Shown here: piece by piece, positions 27,805-38,730 of the stretch | How positions within the stretch are numbered: position 1 is the stretch's first letter | How the letters are laid out: each line of letters starts with the position of its first letter | NCBI GenBank assembly: GCA_963666865.1 | Contig: OY763072.1 | Location: 2,647,356-2,711,355 of the forward strand | Source of the DNA: Dehalococcoidia bacterium | Lineage (GTDB): Bacteria > Chloroflexota > Dehalococcoidia > Lucifugimonadales > UBA3495 | Length of the DNA stretch: 64,000 bases | Direction: 5' to 3' | The notes under the pieces: model-generated | Database searches by the model: none | Told to the model about the DNA's origin: nothing | Seen by the model: only the letters and a program-made list of their open reading frames with translations | Translations under genes and position numbers: made by a program

Positions 27805-28830
27805 GTGGCAAACGACACATACGAACGCTACCGCGCCGTCGTGGACGCCGAACTGCGCGACGCATTTGACGGCCGGCAGGGGATGCTCTACGACCTGCTT
27901 CGTTATCATCTGGGTTGGGTGGACGAGCGCGGCAACCCGGCCGAATCGGCGCTGACTCCGCTGCACCACTGTGGCGTCCTGGCTTTAGCCGCTGCCGACG
28001 CCGTATCCGGCGATTATGGTCCGGCCGTATCCGCCGCCGCTGCCGTTGAGCTGGCGTACAACTTCGTGCTCGTCCACAACGACGTTCAAGCCGGCCGGAT
28101 CGGCCAATCTTCCGACCGTCCCAGCATCTGGTGGGTTTGGGGGCCGTCCCAGGCCATCAACGCCGGCGACGGTCTGCACGCGCTGGCCCGTGCCGTATTG
28201 ATGCGATTGTCCGAGGCCGGAACGCCGGCTTCCATTGTGTTGACCGCCCTGCGCAGTCTAGATCAAGCGTGTCTCACGCTGTGCGAAGGGCAATACATGG
28301 ACCTGACTTACCAGGACCAACTGATGGTGTCAGAGCCCGATTACCTTGACATGGTAGGACGTAAATCCGGGGCCCTGGTTGGTTGCTCTGCCGGGTTGGG
28401 AGCGTTGGCAGTCGGCGGCGATGAGGCCACCGCCGAAGCCCTGCGCCGGTGGGGAGAGCTGCTGGGAACGGCCCGGCAGATCCGGGAAGATATCGACGAC
28501 CTGTGGGGCGCCGGCGGCGACGGGTTCACCCCGGCCAACGTCCTGAACAAAAAGAAAAGTCTGCCCCTTATCCACGCGCTGCAAAACTCCGCGACCTCAG
28601 CGAAGCGGGAGTTGGGCGGCATCTACATGAAACGTGTCCTCGAACCCGACGATCCGCCCCGCATTGTCGCCATCCTGGATGATGCCGGCTCCCGTCAGTA
28701 CGCCGAGGACAAGGCGGAGCAACTGCTGCGCGAAGCCGACGCGGCCCTTGTGATGGACGGCTGCAAATTGCAGCGTCCGGTAGCGTTGCAATGGGCGTCG
28801 GAATGGGTTATTGGCCGGCCCCAATCCTGA
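27805..28830 (+). CDS. polyprenyl synthetase family protein with degenerate first Asp-rich motif
   Basis: 341 aa. The second motif region RQIREDIDDLWG and KKKSLPLIHAL are present. The first motif reads LVHNDVQAG instead of L(I/V)HDDxxD. Confidence 0.65.
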   Translation: MANDTYERYRAVVDAELRDAFDGRQGMLYDLLRYHLGWVDERGNPAESALTPLHHCGVLALAAADAVSGDYGPAVSAAAAVELAYNFVLVHNDVQAGRIGQSSDRPSIWWVWGPSQAINAGDGLHALARAVLMRLSEAGTPASIVLTALRSLDQACLTLCEGQYMDLTYQDQLMVSEPDYLDMVGRKSGALVGCSAGLGALAVGGDEATAEALRRWGELLGTARQIREDIDDLWGAGGDGFTPANVLNKKKSLPLIHALQNSATSAKRELGGIYMKRVLEPDDPPRIVAILDDAGSRQYAEDKAEQLLREADAALVMDGCKLQRPVALQWASEWVIGRPQS

Positions 28831-28848
28831 CTTTCAGAGGGTAATCAA

Positions 28849-30060
28849 ATGAGCAAGCGTACCCTTTCCCAACTGGACGTGGCGGGCAAGACGGTCTTGG
28901 TGCGTGTTGACTTCAACGTACCCATCGAGCAGGGAGTGGAGGCCATCGCCAATTACGACCAGCGCCTCCGCGCCACACTGCCCACCATCCAATACCTGGT
29001 GGAAAGACAGTGCCGCACGGTGCTGTGTTCTCACCTCGGTCGTCCCCGCGGCAAAGTTGATGATGGATTGCGCTTGAAGCCGGTGGGCGACCGACTGGCC
29101 GTGCTCCTAGGCCGCCCGGTAGCGTCCCTCCGCGACTGCGTGGGTGAAGCCGTGACCGAGCGCGTCGCCGGTATGTCCGCCGGTGATATATGCCTGCTGG
29201 AAAACCTGCGTTTCCACGAGGGCGAGGAGAGCGACCCGGATTCTTCAACATTCCGGGCCTTTGCCGCCGAGTTGGCCGCTCTCGCGGACTGCTTCGTCAT
29301 GGATGCCTTTGCCGTGGCCCATCGTGCCCACGCCTCAACCGTCGGGATACCCCGGCACCTGCCCACGGCCATGGGCCTGCTCACGCAGCGCGAGGTCGAG
29401 TCCCTGGGCTTGGCATTGGCGGAGCCGGACCGTCCCCTGGCCGCGCTGATGGGCGGAGCCAAGGTCAGCGACAAAATCCTGGTTCTGGAAAACCTGCTGG
29501 AACGCCTGGATCACCTGTTCATTGGCGGCGGAATGGCGGTGACGTTCCTCGCCGCGGCCGGCAAGCCGGTGGGCGCGTCCGTCGTTGAGGAAGATCGCCT
29601 GGACTTCGCCCGGGATGTGATGCGCCGGGCCGACGCCGGCGGCGTCACCGTCCATCTTCCCGCAGACGTGGTTGCCGCCGACGAATTCTCGCCCCAGCCC
29701 GCATCCTTCAACACCGTTTCCTCAGATAACATCCCGGATGGCTGGTACATCATGGACATCGGCCCGGATACCGCCCGCGTTTACGCTAGCGAGTTGGCCG
29801 GCTGCAAGACCATCCTGTGGAACGGCCCCATGGGCGTGTTCGAGATGGAGAGATTCAGCGCCGGCACCCGGCACGTTGCTGATGGCATCGCCAGCCTCCC
29901 GGGAGTGACCACTGTAGTCGGCGGCGGCTCCACTGCGGAGGCAGTCGAGGCCCTGGGGCTGATGGAGAAAATGACCCACGTGTCCACCGGCGGCGGGGCA
30001 TCCCTGGAGTTCCTTGAGGGGCGCACGTTGCCCGGCATCGCCGCCATCCCCGACGCTTGA
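28849..30060 (+). CDS. pgk: phosphoglycerate kinase
   Basis: VLVRVDFNVP...RTVLCSHLGRP...GGGASLEFLEG. Confidence 0.93.
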   Translation: MSKRTLSQLDVAGKTVLVRVDFNVPIEQGVEAIANYDQRLRATLPTIQYLVERQCRTVLCSHLGRPRGKVDDGLRLKPVGDRLAVLLGRPVASLRDCVGEAVTERVAGMSAGDICLLENLRFHEGEESDPDSSTFRAFAAELAALADCFVMDAFAVAHRAHASTVGIPRHLPTAMGLLTQREVESLGLALAEPDRPLAALMGGAKVSDKILVLENLLERLDHLFIGGGMAVTFLAAAGKPVGASVVEEDRLDFARDVMRRADAGGVTVHLPADVVAADEFSPQPASFNTVSSDNIPDGWYIMDIGPDTARVYASELAGCKTILWNGPMGVFEMERFSAGTRHVADGIASLPGVTTVVGGGSTAEAVEALGLMEKMTHVSTGGGASLEFLEGRTLPGIAAIPDA

Positions 30061-30069
30061 CCCCATTCC

Positions 30070-30126
30070 GTCATTCATTCCAGCGAAAGAACGTCACCCC
30101 GTACTTGATACGGGGCCGGAATCCAG
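30070..30126. repeat. dispersed repeat, B-type (GTCATTC..GCGAAAGAACGTCACCCCGTACTTGATACGGGGCCGGAATCCAG)
   Basis: Same unit as 14466, 58207 and 51645. It explains the spurious N-terminal extension (RKNVTPYLIRG) of ORF 30057. Confidence 0.75.
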
Positions 30127-30173
30127 CGCCCGTAGCAATAACAACCGCTATCGGGCCAGTCATCGGAGCAAAT

Positions 30174-31379
30174 ATGATTGACTTGGAACAGATTCAAGAC
30201 AGCATCGCCAGCACGCCATCCAAGATTGTCATGCTGGTGGCCGACGGACTGGGCGGGTTGCCCCATCCCGACACGCGCAAGTCGGAACTGGAAACCGCCC
30301 ACATCCCCAACCTGGACGCCCTAGCCCAACGCAGCGCCTGCGGTTTGACCACGCCGGTCGAGGTTGGCATCGCTCCCGGTAGCGGGCCGGGCCATCTGGC
30401 GTTGTTCGGCTACAACCCCCTGAAGTACTTCATCGGCAGAGGGGTGTTGGAGGGTCTGGGTATCGGCCTCGAATTGCTACCCGGCGACGTGGCCGCCCGG
30501 GGCAATTTCTGCACCGTGGACGACGACGGACTGCTCACCGACCGCCGAGCCGGACGCATCGCCACCGAGTTGAGCGCTCCTTTGTGTGAGCGTCTGGACC
30601 GCATCGAAATCCCCGGCGTGCAGGTGGACGTGTTACCGGTGCAGGATTACCGCTTCGTGCTGCGGCTGCGCGGCGAGGGCCTTTCCGAGGCTATTGAAGA
30701 GACGGACCCGCAGCGCGAGGGCGTGGCTCCCCGTCCTGCTGGCGCATTGGTTCCGGAAGCAGCGCGCACCGCTGACATCGTGCAAAAATTTGTCACCGAG
30801 GCGGGCCGCCTCCTCTCCGAAGAACAGCCGGCCAACATGGTTTTGCTGCGCGGCTGGGCGCAACTGCCCAACCTGCCCGACTTCGGCCAGGTCTATCACC
30901 TCAACCCCGCTGCCATCGCCGCCTACCCCATGTATCGCGGCCTGGCCTCGGTCGCCAATATGCAGATCATCCCCACCGGCATGACCTTCGGCGATGAGGT
31001 GAACACCCTCCAGGCTAACTGGGACAACCACGATTTCTTCTTCATCCATTACAAGCCGGCCGACGCCGCCGGCGAGGATGGTGATTTCGACGGCAAAGTA
31101 AAGCGGCTGGAGGAGTTGGACGTTCACATCCCGCGCATATTGGACCTCCAACCCGACGTGCTGATGGTGGCCGGCGACCACGCCACGCCCGCCATCATGG
31201 CGTCTCACAGCTGGCACCCGGTCCCATTCATGCTCCATTCCAAGTTGACCTTGGGCGAAGGAGTGGACGGCTTCAACGAGAAGGCTTGTGCGCAAGGTTC
31301 GCTGGGGCGCATACCAGCTGAAACGATTATGTTGCTGGCGCTGTCCCACTCCGGCAAACTGGCCAAGTTCGGCCCGTGA
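30174..31379 (+). CDS. apgM: cofactor-independent phosphoglycerate mutase, archaeal (ApgM) type
   Basis: KIVMLVADGLGG...HIPNLDALA...GSGPGHLALFGY...VAGDHATP. Start ATG 30174, downstream of the repeat. Confidence 0.85.
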   Translation: MIDLEQIQDSIASTPSKIVMLVADGLGGLPHPDTRKSELETAHIPNLDALAQRSACGLTTPVEVGIAPGSGPGHLALFGYNPLKYFIGRGVLEGLGIGLELLPGDVAARGNFCTVDDDGLLTDRRAGRIATELSAPLCERLDRIEIPGVQVDVLPVQDYRFVLRLRGEGLSEAIEETDPQREGVAPRPAGALVPEAARTADIVQKFVTEAGRLLSEEQPANMVLLRGWAQLPNLPDFGQVYHLNPAAIAAYPMYRGLASVANMQIIPTGMTFGDEVNTLQANWDNHDFFFIHYKPADAAGEDGDFDGKVKRLEELDVHIPRILDLQPDVLMVAGDHATPAIMASHSWHPVPFMLHSKLTLGEGVDGFNEKACAQGSLGRIPAETIMLLALSHSGKLAKFGP

Positions 31380-33070
31380 CGCCCCGGGAACACGAACAGA
31401 CGTTAAACGTCTGGCTGGCCGGCCTGCTCCGCCAGCGCGGCCTGAACGCCCGGCCCGAGGTTACGCACCCCGGCAACCTTCGCGTGGACGTGGAGGTGCG
31501 TATCGGGCCGGCGGTTATCGCCGTGGAGGCCGAGCACGGGCAGACCCCCGCCAAACGGGCGGAGGCCATCGGAGACGCCGACGCCCGCCTGATGCAAAAA
31601 CTCGCTCATGGCGCCGTGGCGGTCTGCTATCCTGACCATACCACCGAAAAATCGCTGCCCGACGCGCAATTCATCTGGATGGTGCGCGACGGCGTGAACG
31701 CTGCGCCGCACTGGACCTCCGGTGATCTTGACCGCCTGACCTCGGTGATCCGGCTCACGCCAGCCCAGCTGGGCAACCCCGACTACGCCGCCGCCGCGCT
31801 GTCAGGCAGCCTGGACGCCGCCGTCAACCGCCTCAACGACACCCAAAAGCGGTTGCTGGCGCAAACGCTGGACTTGCCCGCCGCCAAGACCTCCGGGCGG
31901 GAAGGCGGCCAATGGAACCGGGCCGCCAAGCGCGCCCTGCTGGTGCTGGCCACTGCCGTGATGTTCCACTCCCGGCTGGACAGCCATCTGGCCGATATGC
32001 GGCCGGATGCAGACCGCCGCGAGCATCCGCCCGCAGATTTCACCGGCCCCTGGCCGCCGGCCATGGCCCACCTGTGCCGGGACGCCCACGATCCCATCGC
32101 CGCTTTCCGCGACGCCTGGAACCTGATCCTCGCCCTGGACTACAAGCCCATCTTTGAAACCGGGCGGGCCGCCTTGCAGTCCTGTCCGCCCGACCCGGCC
32201 TTTGCCGACGCGGTGCGCGACACCGCCGACGCCGCCCTGGCCGTGGTGCAGAACATCGCCGGCCTGCGCCACGACCTGCTGGGCCGCATCTTTCATACCG
32301 TCCTGGATACCGCCCGCTACGACGGTTCCTTTTACACTACCACCGCCGCGGCGACGCTGCTGGCGGCGCTGGCTTTGCGGGAAGATGCCTGCGACTGGCA
32401 GGACGCGGCAGCCATCGCCAACCTGCGCATTACCGACCCGGCCTGCGGCACGGGAACGCTGCTGATGGCCGCCGCCGAGCGCATCCGCGACCTGGCCCCG
32501 CAGTCCGACGTTGACGAAACCATCGCCCGCGCCCTCATCGAAAACGTTTTCACCGGCTACGACGTGAACCTCACGGCGACCCACATGGCGGCGACCACCC
32601 TGGGCCTGCTGTCTCCAACGACCCAGTTCCGCAACATGAAAATCGGGCGGACCTTCCTGGGGGTGGACGACGCCGGCGAAGCCCATCTCGGCTCCCTGGA
32701 GTTCCTGGACCGCCAGCCCATGTTGATGCCCTGGCCGGGCGGAGCGCAGGCGGCGGCCCAGGTGGATACCGGCGAGGGCATGGCCGCCGCTGAGCCGGCC
32801 GACCTGGTGATTATGAACCCGCCCTTCACCCGCGACAGCCTGCGCCACGACCAGTTTGATGCTGCCACCGAACGCAAGATCAAGGAGCGGGAAAAGGCCC
32901 TGTTCGCCAACAAGCCAACTTACATGGCCGGCAACAGTGGTGCGTTTCTTGTATTGGCAGAGTACATCTGTAAACCAGAATCTGGCGCATTGGCAGCAAT
33001 TTTGCCACTGGTAGCGGCTACGGATGTGTCAGGATTGGAAATTCGCAGGTATCTTGCAGGCCACTATCAT

Positions 33071-33965
33071 AACCATTGGTGCTAGTAAGTGTCAGAGGAT
33101 GAAGTGAGCGATGGAGCGATGGATGCGTCCCTGGGCGTCCGGTTCCAACCCATTCCATTGGGTCAGTATATCGAATGCGGCGATGGCGTAAGCCAAGTGG
33201 GCCTCAAAGCCATTCCACGCCCGATGGCGCATTTCTTTACTGCCCCACACCACTGACATCATGGCGAAAGTGGTCTCCACCGCCATGCGCACGTTCCACT
33301 GTCCCCGACGACAGATCTTGACGTTGGCCGGGTCGCCTTTGGCGCGGTGAAAGCCGGTGTCGGCCAGCACAATCATCTGTCCGTCGTATTGAGCGAGCAA
33401 GGGCAGGAAGGTCTGGTCGTGGACATTGGCTCCGGCGCAGTCCCAATCGGTAATCAGGCCCCACTGGTTCTGTACGATGCAGAGTTTACCTCCCACGATC
33501 CAGCGATGGTTGGACTTGCCTTTCTTGCCGATTTGGTTAGCCCGTCGCCCTTCGCGTATGGGATGACGCAATTCTACTCCGTAGCTGTCGGCCACCCCCA
33601 GGACGGTGGGCCCGGCCAGGAAGTAGCCGGTCCAGTCCCGTTGCGCCCGCAACCGGCGGTTCAGACGGGTGCGGCTGGGCAGTTGGGGAAAGAGGTGGCC
33701 ATAGTTGTCTTTGAGCCAATGGTAGAAGGCCCGTTGCGTAACCTGCTTCATGGCTTGCAGCACGCCGATGGTAATCAGTTCGCTGAGGGAGAGGATGGCC
33801 TGACTGTGCTGGGGAACGTCGGGCAGCGCGTCATCTATCTGGCAGTACAGTTCAGTGATAAAATCGGCGATGTTCACGAGGTTCCTCCGCTGTAGTGTAA
33901 GCAACTCACAGCATAGTGGAACTTCGTGGCATTTTCAAAATCAACTCAAACTAGCACCAATGGTT
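33071..33965 (-). mobile_element. IS982-family insertion sequence (895 bp)
   Basis: Perfect 16-bp inverted repeats AACCATTGGTGCTAGT (33071-33086) and ACTAGCACCAATGGTT (33950-33965), flanked by direct CAT / CAT (33068-70 and 33966-68). Confidence 0.88.
33092..33904 (-). CDS. IS982-family DDE transposase
   Basis: 270 aa. ITELYCQIDD...VADSYGVELRHP...NHRWIVGGKLCIV...VLADTGF...ETTFAMM, blocks typical of IS982. Confidence 0.8.
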   Translation of the reverse strand: MLTLQRRNLVNIADFITELYCQIDDALPDVPQHSQAILSLSELITIGVLQAMKQVTQRAFYHWLKDNYGHLFPQLPSRTRLNRRLRAQRDWTGYFLAGPTVLGVADSYGVELRHPIREGRRANQIGKKGKSNHRWIVGGKLCIVQNQWGLITDWDCAGANVHDQTFLPLLAQYDGQMIVLADTGFHRAKGDPANVKICRRGQWNVRMAVETTFAMMSVVWGSKEMRHRAWNGFEAHLAYAIAAFDILTQWNGLEPDAQGRIHRSIAHFIL

Positions 33966-35041
33966 CATATAGAATCTATCATCACCTCTCACGACCCGGA
34001 GCGTATCTACTTCTCCGAGAACACGGATATTGGCGAGATGCTGGTAGTCTGCCGTCGCTGGCCGGCCGTCAACGGGCCGAAACCTCCGACGCGGGTGGTC
34101 AATCTGGCCAGAAACCCGGCGACACCGGCCGACGCAATCAGCATGGCGGCCGCCATCGAGACCGACAACATCGCCGGCCAGGGCTACGGCACAGTGCAGC
34201 AGTGGCCGGAGTCGCGCGTCGTCGCCGGAGACTGGGGCGCGGTGCAATTCCTTTCGCCTTACCTGTGCGAAAGATTCATCGAGCTGCGGGACGGCGGTCT
34301 GTTCCGGTCGGTAACGCTGGGTAGCATCGCCAACATCGGGCCGGCCGGCCAGCGGATACGGGACGCCTTTACCCGGTCGGCGATGCCCGACGCCGAGGGC
34401 AGGGTTGCGCTGTGGCAGCACGACACGGAAGTGACGCAATCCATGGCTGCTGAGTGGGATACGCACATTGTCGCCAAGCCGCCGAGAGCGCACCTGGCGG
34501 AAAGGTATTGGCAACAGAGAGGCAAGTTATTGTTGCCAAATCGGATGCGCCTTAATACTGTCAAGGTGAACTGCGTAAGATTGGATACACCATCCTTAGG
34601 TTCCTCTTGGACACCTTGCACGTTTGACACTACCGAAAACTTCAGGGACATGATGGAAAAATCCGTTTGCGTGTACCTGAACTCGTCTGTCGGTATCCTG
34701 GCTCTCTTGGGAAATCGCACAAACAGGGTGCCGTCCTATCCGCGCTTTTCCATCGATGACCAGCGGAAACTTACGGTGCCGGACTTCGACTCCATCGGCG
34801 AGGCGGGGGTAACGCAACTGTCCGCCGCCTACGATACCCACGCCGCGGACATCCTGCTGCCCCTGCCGCAGATGGACGCCGACCCGGTACGGCGGGCACT
34901 GGACGACGCCGTGGCATCCGCCCTAGGCCTGGACGGGGATACGGTGGTGGCCGTCCGGCGCAACCTGGCCATGGAGCCGTCGGTGACGGGGCGGCGGTAT
35001 GGCTAGGGTGGGCGGTGGGGCAATATCCTGGCACATTATCC

Positions 35042-35069
35042 TTGAGATCGCCGTGCGGTACGCTATAAT
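35042..35069 (+). promoter_or_regulatory. sigma70-like promoter, TTGAGA - 16 nt - TATAAT
   Basis: TTGAGA at 35042-35047 and TATAAT at 35064-35069, about 45 nt upstream of the HNH gene. Confidence 0.4.
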
Positions 35070-35111
35070 TAATCACTAGGAACCACGATACCCCGGCGCG
35101 TTTGCAGAGTC

Positions 35112-35858
35112 ATGGAGTCCACCATGTTCCAATCAGTCATGCACGAGATCCGCGTTATCCACAACTATGAGCCTCTTGAGTCACGTCGATCCCATAACGG
35201 TGGATACGTTACGGTTGAAATCTGCAAGGATTGCGGCACAAAGCAGGAAACCTTGCGTTTATCTAGAAGAGAAGGGCCGAATTTGAGTGATTTGGCGAAG
35301 CATGGAGCAGGATACCAACACAAACAAATATATTCCACATTGGAAAATTTAACCAAGCAACTCGGGGAGATAGTAAAATCTCTTGAGGAGTACACGAATT
35401 CCATAACCGCAGGCACAGACTACTCCGACATCCGAGACCTTGTAGAAACCATGGACCAGCGGTATGTCGGCCAAATTAACGCTTCCAGCGCTCCGCTCGG
35501 TGTGCTAGATCTCTGGGTCAATACGTCCGGCAAACACCTGTCGCGGAAAGTATTGCTAGGTTTCAAACAGGGATTGGTCTGCAACCGATGTGACAAAGTG
35601 ATGTACTCGTTAGACGACCTGACGGTTGATCACATTGTTCCTCGAAGCCGTGGCGGCGAATCGGTACTGAAAAACCTTCAGTTGCTTTGCCGCAAGTGTA
35701 ATCTCCTCAAGGGAGACAGTGGACCAAGCGACAAAGATATTGCGCCGTTCACATACGATGGGTCGCCTTGTGTACACACTATGACGTGCGGTGACATTGA
35801 CAACATGCGACCGTTGCATAAGAAACGGCGTCATGCCAGCGAGAAGGTGCCATCCTAA
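35112..35858 (+). CDS. HNH endonuclease (AT-richer, N-terminal zinc ribbon-like CKDCG)
   Basis: CNRCDKVMYSLDDLTVDHIVPRSRGGESVLKNLQLLCRKCNLLKG. Confidence 0.8.
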   Translation: MESTMFQSVMHEIRVIHNYEPLESRRSHNGGYVTVEICKDCGTKQETLRLSRREGPNLSDLAKHGAGYQHKQIYSTLENLTKQLGEIVKSLEEYTNSITAGTDYSDIRDLVETMDQRYVGQINASSAPLGVLDLWVNTSGKHLSRKVLLGFKQGLVCNRCDKVMYSLDDLTVDHIVPRSRGGESVLKNLQLLCRKCNLLKGDSGPSDKDIAPFTYDGSPCVHTMTCGDIDNMRPLHKKRRHASEKVPS

Positions 35859-36087
35859 TGAGTAAACCGAACGAGAAGCGCATGGACCGGATTCTGCTGG
35901 AAAAGCGGTGAGGTGGCGGACGCCCTAAACCGCGAACGCCATCTGGTGAAGTCCGTCAATGGGAACCACCTAACGAGGGCAAGACGCCCGCCGACCGGAA
36001 GAAGCCAAAAGCCGACCAGGGAGACTGACGCGGCTGAACAACCATTCGTCGCTGGCCGATCAGCGCTCGTCACGCAAGGAGCCGTCT

Positions 36088-36861
<774 letters not shown>

Positions 36862-36881
36862 GTTCATCCCCAGGCCGGGGT

Positions 36882-37811
36882 ATGTCGCCCCACGTCACCC
36901 TTATCGCTGTCGTAGGCCCCACTGCGGTGGGCAAGACCGCCCTGGCCATTCAACTCGCCCAGAGTTTTAGCGGCGAAATCGTCAACGCCGATAGCCGACA
37001 GGTTTATATCGGCATGGACATCGGAACCGCCAAGCCCACTGCGGACGAACTTTGCGCCGCCCGTCACCACCTCATCAACATTCGCAAACCCGATACCCCG
37101 CTCAGCTTGGGGGAATATCTGCCCTTGGCCCGGGAATGTGTGGAGGAAATTTCCGCCCGAGGACAACTTCCCATCCTGTGCGGCGGCACGGGCCAGTACG
37201 TATGGGCGGTGTTGGAAGGTTGGGATGTTCCCGAGATACCGCCCGACACTGATTTTCGAGCTCGGCTCGAACAACGTGCCTCCGCTGACGGAACGAGGTC
37301 TCTCTGGAACGAATTGAACGCCGTCGATCCCAAGCGCGCTGTTTCCATCGGGCCGCACAACACCCGCCGCATCATCCGCGCTCTGGAGATCCTTCACTCC
37401 GCCGGAGAACAGGTAAGCGCCGCTCGACGGAGCGCGGAGCCGCCCTACCGTGCTCTCATCATCGGCTTGACCGCTGAACGTGCGGATCTTTACCGGCGGG
37501 TTGACGAAAGATTCGACATGATGATGTCGCAAGGCCTGCTGGACGAAGCCCGCCGCTTGGCGGTTGCGGGTTATGAGCTGGGCTGTGGACCGTTGTCCGG
37601 GGTCGGCTACACTCAGTTGGGACAATATCTTGCCGGCGAAATGACTCTGCCCGATGCCGTCGCCCGCGCCAAGACCCAAACCCACCGTCTGGTGCGTCGC
37701 CAATACACGTGGTTCAAGCCGTCCGACCGACGCATCAAGTGGCTGGACGCCACCCACGAACTGCCGATTGCGGAAGCCACCCGCCGCGTGGAGCGCTTTC
37801 TGGAGCCCTGA
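36882..37811 (+). CDS. miaA: tRNA dimethylallyltransferase
   Basis: IAVVGPTAVGKTALAIQLA...IVNADSRQVY...IPILCGGTGQY. Confidence 0.9.
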   Translation: MSPHVTLIAVVGPTAVGKTALAIQLAQSFSGEIVNADSRQVYIGMDIGTAKPTADELCAARHHLINIRKPDTPLSLGEYLPLARECVEEISARGQLPILCGGTGQYVWAVLEGWDVPEIPPDTDFRARLEQRASADGTRSLWNELNAVDPKRAVSIGPHNTRRIIRALEILHSAGEQVSAARRSAEPPYRALIIGLTAERADLYRRVDERFDMMMSQGLLDEARRLAVAGYELGCGPLSGVGYTQLGQYLAGEMTLPDAVARAKTQTHRLVRRQYTWFKPSDRRIKWLDATHELPIAEATRRVERFLEP

Positions 37812-37872
37812 AACGGGTGTGGTACAATTCCGGGCTATAGGCCACGAGCCAATTCGGCGCAGGAGTCCCGCG

Positions 37873-38730
37873 ATGGAATTCACCAAAATGCACGGCGCTG
37901 GCAACGATTACGTGTATATCGACGCCCGAACGATGCCCGACCGTGATTGGGGTAGCCTGTCCCGAGCCATCAGCGACCGGCATTTCGGCGTCGGCGGCGA
38001 TGGTCTGATCCTGGTGATGGATTCCGATGTAGCGGATCTCCAGATGCGGATGTTCAATTCCGACGGTTCCGAAGGAGAAATGTGTGGCAACGGCATACGC
38101 TGCTTCGCCAAATACGCTATCGAGCGGGGGATCGTATCGCCATCAGCCCAGCAGGTCACAGTGGACACCCTGGCCGGCGTGCGCACGGTGGTGCCCCATT
38201 ACGATGGCGCCGCAGTCCATGCCGCGCGGGTGAGCATGGGAGCTCCGCACCTGGTGCCGGCGGATATCCCTGTTGATTTGGACCCTGCCATTAGCAACCG
38301 GCAAGGGCCCATTCTCAACTACGCCGTCCATCCCGGTGACTTCCGCCTGTTTCTCACCTTCGTGTCCATGGGGAACCCCCACGCCGTGACCTTTATCGAT
38401 CAACCGGTGGAGGAGTTTCCCCTGCACAATATCGGGCCGTTGGTGGAGCGGCATCCCATCTTCCCCCGCCGGGTCAACTTTGAAATCGTGAACCTGCGCG
38501 ACGACGGCCACCTGGACGCTCGGGTCTGGGAGCGCGGCTCCGGCGAGACCATGGCCTGCGGGACCGGTGCCTGTGCCATCGGCGTGGCCGCGCGCCTTTT
38601 GGGGCACACCGGAGACCGGGTAGCGGTTAACCTGCCCGGCGGTACGCTAAACATCGAATGGGACGGCGAGGGCGAAGTTTATCTCGAAGGCCCGGCAGCC
38701 GAAGTTTTCAGCGGAGTGTGGACAGAATGA
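37873..38730 (+). CDS. dapF: diaminopimelate epimerase
   Basis: MEFTKMHGAGNDYVYID...GEMCGNGIRC...ETMACGTGACA. Start ATG 37873. Confidence 0.9.
   Translation: MEFTKMHGAGNDYVYIDARTMPDRDWGSLSRAISDRHFGVGGDGLILVMDSDVADLQMRMFNSDGSEGEMCGNGIRCFAKYAIERGIVSPSAQQVTVDTLAGVRTVVPHYDGAAVHAARVSMGAPHLVPADIPVDLDPAISNRQGPILNYAVHPGDFRLFLTFVSMGNPHAVTFIDQPVEEFPLHNIGPLVERHPIFPRRVNFEIVNLRDDGHLDARVWERGSGETMACGTGACAIGVAARLLGHTGDRVAVNLPGGTLNIEWDGEGEVYLEGPAAEVFSGVWTE

Larger units (their letters stand above)
31376..35006 (+). pseudogene. gamma-class N6-adenine DNA methyltransferase (about 910 aa, type IIG/IIL-like architecture) split by IS982
   Basis: Motif I ITDPACGTGTLLMAAA and motif IV LVIMNPPFT lie in the 5' part (31376-33070). 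The ORF resumes in frame at 33969-35006. Removing 33071-33968 gives ...RRYLAGHYH-IESIITSHDPE... Confidence 0.8.

Noticed and set aside
35859-36087. 17-codon ORF MSKPNEKRMDRILLEKR overlapping the HNH stop, and the 116-aa ORF at 35913-36263 in the spacer before tpiA
   Set aside because: They have no SD sequence and no recognisable motif. The longer ORF runs into the tpiA coding region in another frame. They are most likely non-coding remnants of the island boundary.
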